A stretch of DNA of 64,000 nt from Eledone cirrhosa (lineage: Eukaryota), in assembly GCA_964016885.1 (NCBI GenBank), contig OZ024742.1:202554001-202618000 (forward strand), written 5' to 3'. Positions 14,308 through 30,423 of the stretch are shown here, in pieces. The first letter of the stretch is position 1. The number at the start of each line of letters is the position of its first letter. Under the pieces are notes generated by a model that saw nothing but the letters and a program-made list of their open reading frames with translations, was not told the origin of the DNA and searched no databases. Made by a program: the position numbers and the translations under genes.

Positions 14308-14315
<8 letters not shown>
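14030..14315 (+). mobile_element. PLE pLTR remnant with decayed HHR (~14188-14223)
   Basis: Homologous to 36175-36365 (minus), which retains CTGATGA..GAAA. Confidence 0.6.
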
Positions 14316-14373
<58 letters not shown>

Positions 14374-14507
14374 CAACAAGCCTACCCGCCGTAAGCAACC
14401 AATCACATTCTTTCTAACTTGACCACTGCCACAATGCGGTTCATAGCCATTTTTGAATCTAATTTTGGCGCGATCACTTTGGAAAACTAAGTGTCTAATT
14501 TTGAGTT

Positions 14508-14587
14508 TGTCTCCTGATGAATCCGAACTCTGGGCATTTCCTATCAATTGGATGTCTAAAAATACGGATGAAACCATGGTAGAGATA
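14508..14587 (+). ncRNA. Canonical type I hammerhead ribozyme
   Basis: TGTCTC CTGATGA ATCCG..GGGCATTT..GGATGTCT..CGGAT GAAA CCATGG TA GAGATA. Core intact, palindromic stem III, GUA site. Confidence 0.85.
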
Positions 14588-14886
14588 TAATTACGGTCTG
14601 TACACATTTATTCTAAGTATTAATTTACACCTAATTGTGTATGGTTGATGGTATATTTAGTCAGTTTCTACATGCTGTCGAAATGTTGGATAAATACTCT
14701 ATTGGTGCCACCGCGAAGAGGCCACTTTCGGTTATTTGTCGGAGATTTCTTCATAAGAGCCTTTATTCTTATAGCTTGGTCTAATTGATTTTTTATATGG
14801 TTAATTATGCTGATTGGGAGAGGAAATGGTATATATTTTATCTAATAATTCTCAAGACATGATTTATGATATATATATATATATAT

Positions 14887-16037
14887 ATATTGTTATACTT
14901 TGGGAGGGTCATGTTGCCAATAAGAAACACACGCACCAGTTGCTTTCACTTCAATTTATTATATATTTATAAATTTATAAATTTACAAATCTACAAACTT
15001 ATAAATTTCTGGTTGGTTGGTTGGTTCCACAACCAGATAGTTGTTTATATATAGTCATAGTCCTTTCGTCACACACTCTGTGACCTCTTCAGTGACTGGG
15101 GATTCCTTTCTTTGTTTCTGTGCCTTTCCTTTCTTCTGTCCTACGCCATTTTGTTTCTGTGTGTGTGTTGTGTGCTCAGTTTGCGCATGCGCCATGTATA
15201 GATAAGAAATGTATAACCTGTAAAATAAGCCCCCATATTAACTGTAAAACTAGAAATGTAGTGTATAGCATAAGATGTACTGAAGGACAATGTAGAAACA
15301 AAAATATAGTGTACATAGGTGAGACAGCTCGTAGTATCGGGGAACGGAAAAATGAACACTGGCGAGACCTTCAAGATAATGAAGAATCATCTGTACTCTA
15401 CCAACATGCTAAGATAGAACACAAGGGAACATAGAAATAAAAATAGAATCCACACACAGAAAAGATGCAATGTTTAGGCAAATTACAGAGGCAGTAAGCA
15501 TAAAAGAATTACAACCAAAATTAAATAGAAAATATGAGTGGAACAGCAACATCACAACTTACAATTAAGGACAAAATGAAAACACACACACACACATAGA
15601 ACAAACAACCAACCAACAACATGTAAATAAATAAACAAATAGATAAATGAACACAAACACACACAGACACCCCGATGTGGCGCATGCGCAAACTGAGCAC
15701 ACAACACACACACAGAAACAAAATAGCGTAGGACAGAAGAAAGGAAAGGCACAGAAACAAAGAAAGGAATCCCCAGTCACTGAAGAGGTCACAGAGTGTG
15801 TGACGAAATGACTATGACTATATATAAACAACTATCTGGTTGTGGAACCAACCAACCAACCAGAAATTTATAAGTTTGTAGATTTGTAAATTTATAAATT
15901 TATAAATATATAATAAATTGAAGTGAAAGCAACTGGTGCGTGTGTTTCTTATTGGCAACATGACCCTCCCAAAGTATAACAATATCGGTTTCAACACACG
16001 ATTTCAGATAAAGAATCTTGCTAAACAAATTCAGAAA

Positions 16038-16040
<3 letters not shown>
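14887..16040 (+). mobile_element. Truncated PLE: inverted pLTR + GIY-YIG fragment + pLTR
   Basis: Inverted repeats at 14887-15194 / 15678-15985, each with an HHR (AGTCA CTGAAGA GGTCACA..TGTGAC GAAA (T/G)GAC TA TGACT). (TA)n on both flanks. Confidence 0.85.
15196..15568 (+). pseudogene. PLE GIY-YIG endonuclease fragment (frameshifted)
   Basis: CITCK..NCKTRNVVYSIRC..C..VYIGETARSIGERKNEH, then in a shifted frame DAMFRQITEAVSIKELQPKLNRKYEW. Confidence 0.88.
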
Positions 16041-16107
<67 letters not shown>

Positions 16108-16666
16108 GTTAGGTTTTCTTTACAAATTGAAAAATAACCGAGGTGTCCTACACGAGTGAAAGTATAAATAAAAAGAGATGAAATCGAAAATGCAACTGGA
16201 GTATTATTTTTTAAAAATATATATATATTTATTTGGTTCCTTTACCGGTTTCGCAGTTCTTCTGCTTTTCAAAAGGTGAGTTGAGATGGAGGGTCTGTGG
16301 TTTTTTTCACATCTGGTTGGTCTCTGAATGTTACTTGTTTTATATGGGAAAAGTGGCTCGAAATGCCAGGTTTTTCGAGAAGTAATTTGATTGGTTTGTC
16401 AATAATTATAATAAATTTCGCGCGAGTTCGCGTTACAATAGTTCTTCAAATAAGAGGTGGGGGGTTGTCACAGGTTGTTTTTTCATATATGAGTGTTTGA
16501 ATTTCTTCTTACTTGAAAAAAGGGGCTCACGAAGGCTTTTTTTTTGGTTGGTTATAAATGAAATTATGGCTGTCACGTGAACAAGTTTTCATTAAATTTG
16601 CGTACCCTTATTTGGAAATACATTCTGTAGCCTTTTTAGAGAATTTTATGATAAGTGAAAGATAAT

Positions 16667-16847
16667 TGTTTCTACTTTAGGCACAAGGCCAGCAATTACC
16701 CAGTGCATTACTGGTACTTTATTTTATCGACCCCGTAAGGATGAAAGGCAAAGTCAACCTCGGCGGGATTTGAACTCAGATCGTAAAGGGAGGTAACTAT
16801 GCTGGAAAGCATGGCGTCCGACCCTCTACCGATACTGCCAATCCACC
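16667..16847 (-). mobile_element. tRNA-derived SINE
   Basis: A box TGGCAGTATCGG and B box GAGTTCAAATCC. Central GCCTTTCATCCTTACGGGGTCGATAAAAT (Meta-domain-like). 15-bp TSD TAAGTGAAAGATAAT. Confidence 0.9.
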
Positions 16848-16880
16848 ATTATAATCCATCCATGGTAAGTGAAAGATAAT

Positions 16881-17062
16881 TGTTTCTACTTTTGGCACAA
16901 GGCCATCAATTATCCCAGTGCATTACTGGTACTTTATTTTATCGACCTCGTAAGGATGAAAGGCAAAGTCAACCTCGGCGGGATTTGAACTCAGATCGTA
17001 AAGGGACGTAACTATGCTGGAAAGCATGGTGTCTGACCCTCTACCGATACTGCCAATCCACC
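16881..17062 (-). mobile_element. tRNA-derived SINE (same family)
   Basis: Near-identical to the previous copy. 9-bp TSD AAAGATAAT. Empty site in the mirror arm at ~17555-17575. Confidence 0.9.
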
Positions 17063-18063
17063 AAAGATAATGGTCAAGGGAAAGGGATGGGAGAATTGTT
17101 TTGGTTCAGTGAATATGGTTAGTTCGCTGGGGTGTCAGAATTCAGATTTTCTATTGAATAAAGAAAGTAAAGATATGTATGTTTATTTGTGTGCTTCTGT
17201 GTGTGTGCGTGTGTGTGTGTTGTGTGTGTGTGTTTGAATTTCTTTACTTAAAAGAAAGGGTGGCTCACGAAGGTTCTTTTTTAATAAACGTGATTTGGTT
17301 GGTTATAAATGAAATTTGGCAATCAAATCACGTTTATTAAAAAAGAGCCTTCGTGAGCTACCCTTTTTTTAAGTAAAGAAATTCAAACACACACACACAC
17401 AACACACACACACACACGCACACACACACACAAGCACACAAATAAACATACATATCTTTACTTTCTTTATTCAATAGAAAATCTGAATTCTGACACCCCA
17501 GCGAACTAACCATATTCACTGAACCAGAACAATTCTCCCATCCCTTTCTCTTGACCATTATCTTTCACTTATCATAAAATTCTCTAAAAAGGCTACAGAA
17601 TGGATTTCCAAATAAGGGCACGAAAATTTAATGAAAACTTGTTCACGTGACAGCCATAATTTCATTTATAACCAACCAAAAAAAGCCTTCGTGAGCCCCT
17701 TTTTTCAAGTAAAAAGAAATTCAAACACTCATATATGAAAAAACAACCTGTGACACCCCCCCCCCTCTTATTTGAAGAACTTTGTAACGCGAACTGGCGC
17801 AAAATTTATTATAATTATTGACAAACCAATCAAATTACTTCTCGAAAAACCTGGCATTTCGAGTCACTTTTTCCATATAAAACAAGTAACATTCAGAGAC
17901 CAACCAGATGTGAGAAAAACCACAGACCCTCCATCTCAACTCACCTTTTGAAAAGCAAAAGAACTGCGAAACCGGTAAAGAAACCAAATAAATATATATA
18001 TATTTTTTAAAAATAAGACTCCAGTTGCATTTTCGATTTCATCTCTTTTTCTATATATATATA

Positions 18064-20561
<2,498 letters not shown>

Positions 20562-20830
20562 TGAGTTACCGTGATGAGTCCTCAATAGGACGAAACATTG
20601 TCGGCTAATAAAGACTTTTGATGTATTGAAGGCTTCTTTGTTTTACTCTCTTAATTTTCCGGCTCTGTTTAACTACATTGAGCTATACCTTTTACTGTCA
20701 TTTCTGTAATACGAAGAGGGTGTTTAACTCTAACACACTCCAGTATTTTAACCCTTGTCACTGCTCCCGATCGCTTGAGCTTCCTCATATATACTGGTAT
20801 TTTGGCCTTTATATATATATATCTGACAGT

Positions 20831-23497
20831 ATGCTAACAAAGAGTTACCTGCCTTTATCTCTGAAGAATATTCCCACCCCCTCTAAGAATACTTACAAAA
20901 AACTATTGATAGCTAGTGTTAACTCCTTTGTAAAAAGGATTAGATGGCGTGCTTTCCACTATGATAATAATAAGAATAGGAAGGACCCCAGGAATAGAAC
21001 AATTTTTAATAACTATGGCTTCAAAACTTATAAGAGCCCACCACACAATATTCTGTTAGATAGTTTTGAAAGTGACTTACTCTCTCTTGTCAAAAATATT
21101 AGGTATAGGCCAAATAATAGACATAGAAATTATAATAATTTTGATAAGTTCCAGTCTAGACTTAAAAATATTGTTATGGGTTTCGGTGAGAATAAGTCCA
21201 TTCTTGTCCCGGCGGATAAGACTAAAAATCTATACTCCATGGATTATAGTGCTTACCCGACTTTATTTATAAGGAGCTGCATAGAAACTATAAAAAAACT
21301 ACACTTGAGAATTTGAACCACATCAATAGTGATGGCCTTAGAATTGTCTCTGACCTCGGCCTCGATAAGTATACCCAGCCATATTACCCTCGAGAACCGA
21401 GATTCACTCTTAAGGATCATAAGGTTGATTTTATTAGTAACCCCTCCGTTAGACTCATCTGTCCTTCTAAGTCTGATATAGCCATTATCAGTAAAAAAAA
21501 TCCTTGACCTTATTATACCAGATGTTAGGGATAAGGTTAATTTTAACCTATGGGGGAACACTAAGGAAGTTATAGATTGGTTCTCCGGGATTAATAGACT
21601 TGAATCTAATAAGTTTATCCAATTCGATATTGATGCCTACTACACATCAATTTCACCCGTCCTCCTCAATAAAGCTTTAATGTTGGCAATGAGAGTGTCC
21701 AGCCTTACACGATCACAGGTAGATATTATACTAGCAGCCCGTAAAACTATTATTAAATTTGAGGACACATTTTGGACCCGTAAAAACACGCCCAACAATT
21801 TCGACGTTACAATGGGTTCGAGTGATTCGGCCCAGGTTACTGATCTTGTTGGGTTGTTCCTCCTTAATGAACTATATGCTACCTTCCCGCACCTTATAGG
21901 TGGACTATATCGTGATGATGCATTGTTTGTAATTAACTCTAGCACCAACAATGTAGAACATAATAAGAAGAAGCTTTATAAGTTTTTTAAAAGCTATAAC
22001 CTTTCGATCACGATAGATAGAAATGATAGAGCGGTTAACATTTTAGATGTGACTTTGGACTTGGTCACTAATAGTTTTAAACCCTTCCATAAGCCTAATG
22101 AAATACTTTCTTATGTTAGTCCCAATTCTAACCACCCCAAATCTATGATAAGCTCTATAATTAAGGGTGTATCTAATAGGATTTCCACACTCTCTAAGGA
22201 CGTAGGAACTTTTAATGAACATGCGGAGTACTATAATAATGCCCTAGCAAATTCAGGTTACTCTAGTAAAATACACTATAATAATAGTAACCTTAGAAAG
22301 TCTCCGTCTACTTTTAATAATAATAATATAATATCACATAACATGGCCATGAATGTGAGTAGCAAACATAGTAACCGTAAAAATTATATAGGTGTATCTG
22401 AACCCACCCATAAGTTAACCCACCGAACCCGCAATAGTGAATATAATACCTCTAGGAAACAAGTTGAACCCCCTGAGCGCTCACACATTGGTGATAATTT
22501 AGCTGGATCTTATTCTGATAATGTTGCTCCTACTGATCCTATCATTGGCCCTGATCCTTATGATGTGATTCCGGACAGCAGCAGATCTACTGGTGGTAGA
22601 AACTGTAATAGACTTAATGAAATTTTGGCTGATTCTCCTTGTAGTAACCCTAGTCTCGATGGTGGGATATTCGATAATGGTAGAGTCGGTAAGAATAAAA
22701 ATAGAAGGCGATTAAACACTTATTTTAACCCGCCATATAATCAGGAAGTATCAACTAATATCCCTAGGTCTTTCTTCTCTATCTTAGAGAAAAATTTCCC
22801 CCCTTCTCATAAATACCACAGTATTTTTAATAAAAATGTTATTAAACTTTCATTCTCTACCACCCCTAATATTAGTTCTCATTTAGCTAGCACTAACAAT
22901 AGGAAAATTAGGGATGGATTCTTCTCTCTACATACTACTAGTCTGAACAGATCTGGCAATGCATTACCACCAGAACAGTCCTTATCTAATAGCAATCCTA
23001 CGTGTAATGCATCACCACTTGAGTCAACCAATAACACCCGGAAGTGCAACTGTAGAGGGAGTGCTAACTGCCCTTTAAACGGTAACTGCGTTTCTAAGAA
23101 CATTGTCTATGCTTGCGAAGTTATAACTAATTCCTCTAATAGAACTTATATAGGCTCTACATCTAACACTTTTAAGACTAGGTTTAACTCTCATATCTCT
23201 AATTTCAAGCATGTTAAGTTTAAGAATTCTACTTCTTTAGCACATTATGTCTGGGATCTTAAGATAGCTAATATACCATATAGCCTTAACTGGCGTTTAG
23301 TAGCACGCTCTAACCACCTTTCTACACATACTAAGTTTTGTAATCTCTGTATCCTCGAGACACACTCTATAATCTTCTCTAGCGCATCTTTACTTAATAG
23401 AAAGTCTGAGATATTCTCTTCTTGCCCCCATGCTATTTCTAATTCATACTTTTATTATAAACCTAAACGTTCTAGTAGTACAAATTGTACCCATTAG
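20831..23497 (+). pseudogene. PLE reverse transcriptase-GIY-YIG polyprotein, two frameshifts (~21260-21310, ~21500)
   Basis: SLKNIPTPS..KRIRWRAF, PADKTKNLY, TLKDHK..VRLICP, QFDIDAYY, TMGSSDSAQVTDLVG, GLYRDDAL, SNHP, YFNPP, CNC..CPLNGNC, NIVYAC..YIGST..FKTRFNSH, CNLC..E, CPH. Confidence 0.95.
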
Positions 23498-24742
23498 CTG
23501 ATATATTCCATTATTTATTTTTTAGTTTAGGTCCTTTTGTTTGCCAACATTATTATTATCATCATTATTATAATTGGTTTTTGATGACTCTTCATTCTAG
23601 ATCTCATAATCTTTTGGCTACTGTACCGCATCTATCTTCTTACGCATTAAATTTTCACTGTTACACCTTATGAATGTATATAAGATTATATATTTCACGC
23701 TATTTATTTTATTTTATCCTTATTTTTATTTTTATCTTTATTCGGATTCTTCTTTGGAACCCCCCCCCCCCCCCCCATGAGCACATAAACTTATTGTCAA
23801 CACCTCCAAATTGACTATGATTATATTATATTTAACCCCCCTCTTTTACACTCCTTTCTATTATGTAATATAGTATATCGACTATATTTTATGCCCCTTT
23901 GCATCCTCCATACATTTCTTCATTTCTGTCCCTATTAGCCTACCTTAATTCTGCTTAAGTCAGTTCTTTCGATATCGTTATGTATATGATAATAAAAAAA
24001 TTTCATTCCGTTTTGTAAACATTTGGAACGAAATATTAACGTTTATAAACTTTAATGACTTAAACTATAGCCAATATTATACAGCCTTATTGGATAGTTT
24101 AAATATTTTTAATATTAATTTATCAAATAGGGTTTTCGAGTCATTTACAGGGGTTGTTTCCTTAGCTTTTACTTAACTACTTAACTGCATGTGAGACATA
24201 AATGTATGCGTTTGTTTTTGTTTTTTAATTTCCGGTTGATTCTATTTATTTATTTTATTCTATATTTTATATTTTTTATATATTATATTTTATTTGTAAT
24301 ACTACTGTGCATTATATTTACTGTCTGGCACTTACTCACTCATCCATGTACATGTCTGTCTACCAACCTTGTAATTATAAGTAATTATATATTATATTGT
24401 ATTAATTTTATTTTATATAATATATTATATTATATTGTATTTTTTATTGTAATATTGATCCTTATTACTTACCGTTAATTATATGTAATATTATGATATG
24501 TTAAACCTTATATATCTTGTAAGATGTTTATACTTCTGTATCATCAAAATTTTTTTGAGGTATTGTACATTTTATTTTTCCTCACCTACTCTGTAACCCA
24601 GTATGAATTGACTTGTTAACTTGAGTACATTTAGAATGTTAGTATATTGTATATTGTAAATATTATTATTATATTATTATTGTGACATCTATATTGTTTG
24701 TGTAAATTAACCGGAGATTATCTATTCTATTATATTGTATTA

Positions 24743-25341
24743 TCTATATATATAAAGCTGTGGTTGTCTGTCTGTCTATCGATTTTTGGCACACATCTCC
24801 TCTTAGAATCTCTCACGGAATTGCACCGAAATTGCTATACTTGTACATTGAGCCCTAGCGAAGACATCGGAAAAAAAATATTTCAAATTGACCCACCCTA
24901 TGTGACGAAATCGAATCTAATGTATCGATTTTTGAGCGTAAGTGACGAGTTATTTCCCTTTGTTCTGTTTACATTCAAAATTACGCTGGCTTTCTCAGCG
25001 TTTAAAATGACATTAACACAATACACGAACAGTTGTCGAGCCAGCAAAATTTTGACCTGCAAAATTCATCAGTTCGAACACTAAGCTTCCGTTTTGCTTC
25101 ATTTCCATTTAAAAGCCTTTTAAAACAATATTTTTACTTGGAAACAAGTCTATTTAAAGACTACGTAAAACAAGCAAATATTTCGTAAAAAAAAGCAAAA
25201 ATTATATAAGTTTATTTAAAATATATGTATCTGTAAATTTCGTTAGGCGTGCAGACAGACTTTAAGCCAAAAAAGAAACTTAACATTGTAACTTTAACAC
25301 AGCTACTGAGCGACCCGAGCAACGCCGGGCTTTACTGCTAG
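24743..25341 (+). mobile_element. Complete non-autonomous Helitron (599 bp)
   Basis: 5' TC, (GTCT)n, subterminal hairpin CCCGAGCAACGCCGGG, 3' CTAG. Inserted between A and T with no TSD. The empty site is present in the inverted copy (~18890-18905). Confidence 0.93.
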
Positions 25342-25984
25342 TATAGTATATAATTGTATTATTTATTATTATATGTGCTACTTATAATTATATCATATTA
25401 TTACCTATGTACTACTTATAATTATATCATATTATTACCTCATGTATATTGGGTAGATGTATTAGTATTATTATTATTATTATTTTCATTCCTATCATGC
25501 TTATTTTTATATTCAAATTCTTAATAGGGTTTAATTTGTGCAGTTGAGGATGGATGTGTGTATTGTTGTATGTGTATATGTGTGTATACGTGTGCACATA
25601 TATATACATATGCATATTGTATCTTTTGATTTTTATTGTAATTTTGATGTTGCTAAAGGTATATTATAGTATATTATATTGTATTATATATAATTCCTGC
25701 TCTATATAACCACCTTTGTTTAGCTCTAGTTTTTGCTTTGGACTATATTTGTAATATGGTTCTTAGTGTTATATACATCCTTAGTAATTTTTATCATATA
25801 TTTTTATTATATATTTTTGTAATACATCAGTGTATGTACACTCCATATTCTTCGGAGCTTCCGGCTTGTATCTGCCGATATTACTTCTTGTTGTTTTAAT
25901 TGCCCTGGTGAGTCCTTAACAGGACGAAACATTGTCGGCTGATAAAAACTTTTGATGTATTGAAGGCTTCTTTGTTTTACTCTC

Positions 25985-26044
<60 letters not shown>

Positions 26045-26189
26045 TGGTTTCTGCAGGATCTGTCTACCAAATTTTAATTACAAGGGGTTGATTAATCCGA
26101 GGTCATAATATATACCAGTTGCTAAAAAGCTTCTAAGAGTTACGAGAATAGATCTGGAGGAGAGAACAATAACCGTGAACTGCTCGGCG

Positions 26190-26610
26190 CTTCAGAAATC
26201 GGAAAAATTGATGCCGTTGATATTCTGTTTAAATCGTTGTAAGCTCACTCTTACGGAAAGACATGAATAGGGAGGGATTTCTAGAGAGTCGATTCTGGAG
26301 CAGAAAGTTATTTCCAGAGCACCCGGGTTCTTGTCGGGAAAGACTGATTATATCGGCTAGTAAGGGAGAGTCAACACGGATGATGTGGGGAGGAGAGATA
26401 AGTGAGTCGTGAGGAAGTTCCAAAATGGCCATCATTCTAGGCATGAATGACAGTGTGCAGTTGTTAGTAAATGGCTCGAGTGTAGACGAAAAATGGATGA
26501 TGAAAGAAGGATAGATGTGGGTGTCGAGAGGGCCTGAATGGAGGAATGTTGGACCTTTAGAATCAGCAAAAAATAAGATGGAGTGTAGAATTGAAGGGAA
26601 AATGGCTTCT
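26190..26610 (-). mobile_element. Degraded CR1/L2/Jockey-group LINE 3' end
   Basis: The minus strand gives broken SF.PRT..LWN..P..VF....LQRFKQNIN-like remnants typical of these ORF2 C-termini. Confidence 0.4.
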
Positions 26611-26818
26611 TTTTTTTCGGATTAATTGTTTATGTCAGTCTAGTCACATAAGGTACATATTGCTGTGTTAGTTCTCTCTGTTTATGTAAATGATTTTCAC
26701 TACAACTCCCCCACCACAGTGCGAAAATATATCCTATAAATTATTGTTTTATGTCGTTTAAAACTGGTTAGAAATATAGAACTTCGCAGTGCGATTTCAA
26801 AACACGTCTAATACTAGT

Positions 26819-26819
26819 A

Positions 26820-26854
<35 letters not shown>

Positions 26855-27077
26855 AAAAGAAAGAAAGAAAGAAAGAAAGAAAGGAAGAAAGAAAGAAAGA
26901 AAAGAAGGGAAGAAATAATGAATGAAAGAAAAAAAAGAAAAAATTGAAAGAAAAATAAAGAAAAAAGAAAGAAAGAAAAAAGAAGGAACGAAAGAAAAGG
27001 AAAGAAAGAAGGACAGAAAGAAAAATAGAAAAAAAAGAAAGAAAGCGTGAAAGAATAGAGAAGGAAAGAAAGAAAAG

Positions 27078-27160
<83 letters not shown>
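26819..27160 (+). repeat. (AAAT)n-(GAAA)n-(GA)n purine tract
   Basis: Direct inspection. Confidence 0.95.
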
Positions 27161-27162
<2 letters not shown>

Positions 27163-27859
27163 ACAATCGTTGCTATTGAATAATGGATATTATAGAATAG
27201 TTGCTGTCAGTTAAAACTCTATAGTTCGGTTTGGAAGTAGCAATAATAACGTTTGAAAAAATGATAATTAATAATGTTTCATATAATAATGTTTGTTTTG
27301 TGATTGTTTTCTTGTTTTCTCTTATTTTCTATTTTATAGCTTTTTTGTGCTGTAGGCTTTTATTGAGGCCGGGTTGAGGGTTGGGTCGTAAAAATACAAT
27401 TACAGTTGCTGATAAGTGACCTATTGAGAATTATTTCTGTCAACGACCATTTTGACTGCTGCTGGTATCGGGCATCAATACAAATATCATATCAATTACA
27501 AATATCGATCACAGCTGTCAATTATTGAGAGCTTTTGATAATGACTATATTTCTTTTCGGGGAGGCGAGTTACCACAGACGTTAGAAAGTCTGTTAGGAT
27601 GTATTGCGGTAGTCGTTCCGTTTCTCTGCGCACTGAGTTCAAAAACGCCGAGGTCAAATTTACTTTTCATCCTCACGAGGTCGATAAAAAAGTACCTGTC
27701 CAATACTGACATCGTTGTTTCCTCTATCTTTCATTCCCACTTCTCTCTATCAAGCTCAAGCTCTTTCTATAATTTAGAAAGAAATTGGGCGTGATCAGAT
27801 TTGGAGACGGAATAGGTTCTGTCGGGTTTAAAATAAAATGCTAAAGAAATGCTGTATAT

Positions 27860-28050
27860 CAGACATCTCAAATATGCAGCCCTTTACAAGCACACCTGCG
27901 GCCCGCACATACGTTTTTACAGCGCAAGAATGTTTAATCTTCGTAATATAAAATAAAAAATGTGCGCAATAAGTTGTTATGTGAGGCCCTCAGACAACAC
28001 ATATGTGATCCATGTGGGCCTCGGGGGACCCTAGTTTCACATGGTTGCTG
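27860..28050. mobile_element. Possible hAT-type MITE remnant
   Basis: CAG...CTG ends with subterminal GCGGCCC-like motifs. Degenerate. Confidence 0.35.
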
Positions 28051-28097
28051 TATATCACTGCAGTGCCCCTATGACTTGACCAGGAGTTATGGTCTAA

Positions 28098-28135
<38 letters not shown>

Positions 28136-28138
<3 letters not shown>

Positions 28139-28835
28139 AATGAATATATGATAGGTATAAACACCAATACAAGTATATAAGTGTTTGTATTGCAAATGAC
28201 CAAGTTAGCTAGATTGAAAAATACTAATTAAATTAATACAGTTTGCCTGTCTCGATTTAAAATAATAAATCAATAAAAACAAACCTATATTGGCAATAGC
28301 TGTGATACCCGGACAAATTTAAATTTCAAATCTTAAATTTGTTTCGCAACAATTAAGTGAAAATTCCCATTCCTGTGCTCTTCTGCAGGTATCCAGAAAT
28401 TGCTATGTTTCACTTCAAAATACTTAGGAAGACTGAGAGAAATGTGTTGTTGAACGCACATGTGACCCAATGTCTAGCCCGTCCTATACTCGTGCCGCTA
28501 GAAATAGCAGCCGGTTTTATGGGACTAAAAAATTTAGCTCAACACATGGAGCCGAGAATATTATATATAGAGTTATAAACTCAAACAGTCTTTTACAATT
28601 AAATAGCTCAAAGAAAGGGATATTTCTGAGCCGATTTATTATTTTAAATCGAGACAGGCAAACTGTATTAATTTAATTAGTATTTTTCAATCTAGCTAAC
28701 TTGGTCATTTGCAATACAAACACTTATATACTTGTATTGGTGTTTATCCCTATCATATATTCATTTGTATTACACGGCTCAGAAATATCCCTTTCTTTGA
28801 GCTATGTAATTGTAAAAGACTGTTTGAGTTTATAA

Positions 28836-28840
<5 letters not shown>
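28136..28840. mobile_element. ~496-bp retrozyme-like family, divergent pair (HHR 28304-28393, minus)
   Basis: One circularly permuted unit on minus (28136-28633) joined to an inverted partial unit (28633-28840). (TA)n flanks. Confidence 0.75.
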
Positions 28841-28922
<82 letters not shown>

Positions 28923-29363
28923 GAGAAGAAAGAATACTGCGTGGTTGCACATGGGTTACATATGATAAAAATAGTCCTTCATCAGTGATTTTCCAACCTT
29001 CATTGGTATTTCATCGCTTTAAAAATCATATACCTCCAGTTGGTGCGAGCAATAGCTAAATAAAGCTATTGGGACAAGTAAATCGCGTAAAGCGAGCGAG
29101 ACAGGTAAACAAACATAGAAGGATAGCAACGCAAAGATAGGAAAAAACTAACACATGGGAGTTCGATCAGCTTTAGCTGTGTGGATTTCATGGGCGAGAG
29201 ACTACAGACCGTCCGACGCGAGTGAGGTGTGAGCAAGAAAAGACCCCACTACAGGCCAAACGGGAGGAAGTGAGAAGGCGAGAAGCAGAGAGTGAGTGAG
29301 TGGAAGTGCGAGGAAGAGGCCAGTCGAGAGAAAGTGTAACTGACAGAGGGGGCGATATATATA

Positions 29364-30337
29364 TACAATTGAATATATGATAGGGATGAACACCAATACA
29401 AGTATACATGCGTTCCAATTGCAATTGACCAAGTTAGCTAGGTTGAAAAATACTAATTTAAAACAATATGGTTTGCCTGTCTTGATTTAAAGTAATAAAT
29501 CAATAAAAATAACAAACCTATATTGGGCAATCGACGTTTGATACCCGGACAGATCTAAATCTGTTTCTCAACAATTATTAAGTGAAGGTCACCATTCCTG
29601 TGCTCTTCTGCGGGTATCCACGAAATTCGTACCTTTCACTTCAGAAAGATTTAAGAAGACTGAAACTATGTGTTGTTGACCGCACATGTCAGAGCGCCTA
29701 ACTCGTCTCATACTCGTGCCGCTAAAAATAGCAGCCGGTTTTATGAGTCTAAAGTTAGCTCTACGTATGGAGCCGAGAATATCATATATTGGGCAATCGC
29801 CATTTGATACCCAGACTATTTTGAGTTTGTAACTCAATATATGATATTCTCGGCCCCATACGTAGAGCTAACTTTAGTCCCATAAAACCGGCTGCTATTT
29901 TTAGCGGCACGAGTATTAGACGCGTTAGGCGCTGTAACATGTGCGTTTACCAACAAATGGTTCAGTCTTCTTAAATCTTTTTGAAGTGAAAGGTGCGAAT
30001 TTCCTGGATACCCGCAGAAGAGCACAGGATTGGTGACTTTCACTTAATAATTGTTGCGAAACAGATTTAGATCTGTCCAGGTATCAAACGGCGATTGCCC
30101 AATATAGGTTTGTTATTTTTATTGATTTATTACTTTAAATCGAGAAAAGTAAAACATATTGTTTTAAATTAGTATTTTTCAACCTAGCTAACTTGGTCAA
30201 TTGCAATTCGAACACATGTATACTTGTATCAGTGTTCATCCCTCTCATATATTCAATTATATTACACGGCTCGGAAAGATTCCCTTCCTTGAGCTATTTA
30301 ATTGTAAAAGTCTATTTTGAGTTTCTAACTCAATATA

Positions 30338-30342
<5 letters not shown>
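29364..30342. mobile_element. ~496-bp retrozyme-like family, second divergent pair (HHRs 29540-29618 minus, 30007-30085 plus)
   Basis: The plus copy has terminal redundancy 29816-29846 / 30312-30342 (period 496). HHR reads GATACCCG CAGAAGA GCA..TGC GAAA CAGAT-TTAG-ATCTG TC C(G/A)GGTATC. Confidence 0.8.

Positions 30343-30423
<81 letters not shown>

Larger units (their letters stand above)
16171..18050. repeat. Divergent inverted duplication of a PLE/retrozyme-like 3' region
   Basis: Arms 16171-17301 / 17319-18050 with an ~18-nt spacer. U3-A8 HHRs at 16239-16276 (-) and 17944-17981 (+). Two SINEs are present only in the left arm. Confidence 0.85.
20572..25989 (+). mobile_element. Near-full-length Penelope-like retrotransposon (Neptune-type)
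   Basis: 5' pLTR begins inside the HHR core. RT+EN ORF, ~1.9-kb AT-rich 3' UTR (excluding the Helitron), 3' pLTR with HHR at 25902-25939, then (TA)n. Confidence 0.95.

Noticed and set aside
20678-20830. N-terminal extension of the PLE ORF, or a 5' intron ending at CAG (20827-20829)
   Set aside because: The TTG start lies inside the pLTR and PLE-like sequence begins at ATG 20831. I identified no convincing splice donor.
29030-29356. Possible solo LTR
   Set aside because: No clear TG..CA ends, TSD or second copy.
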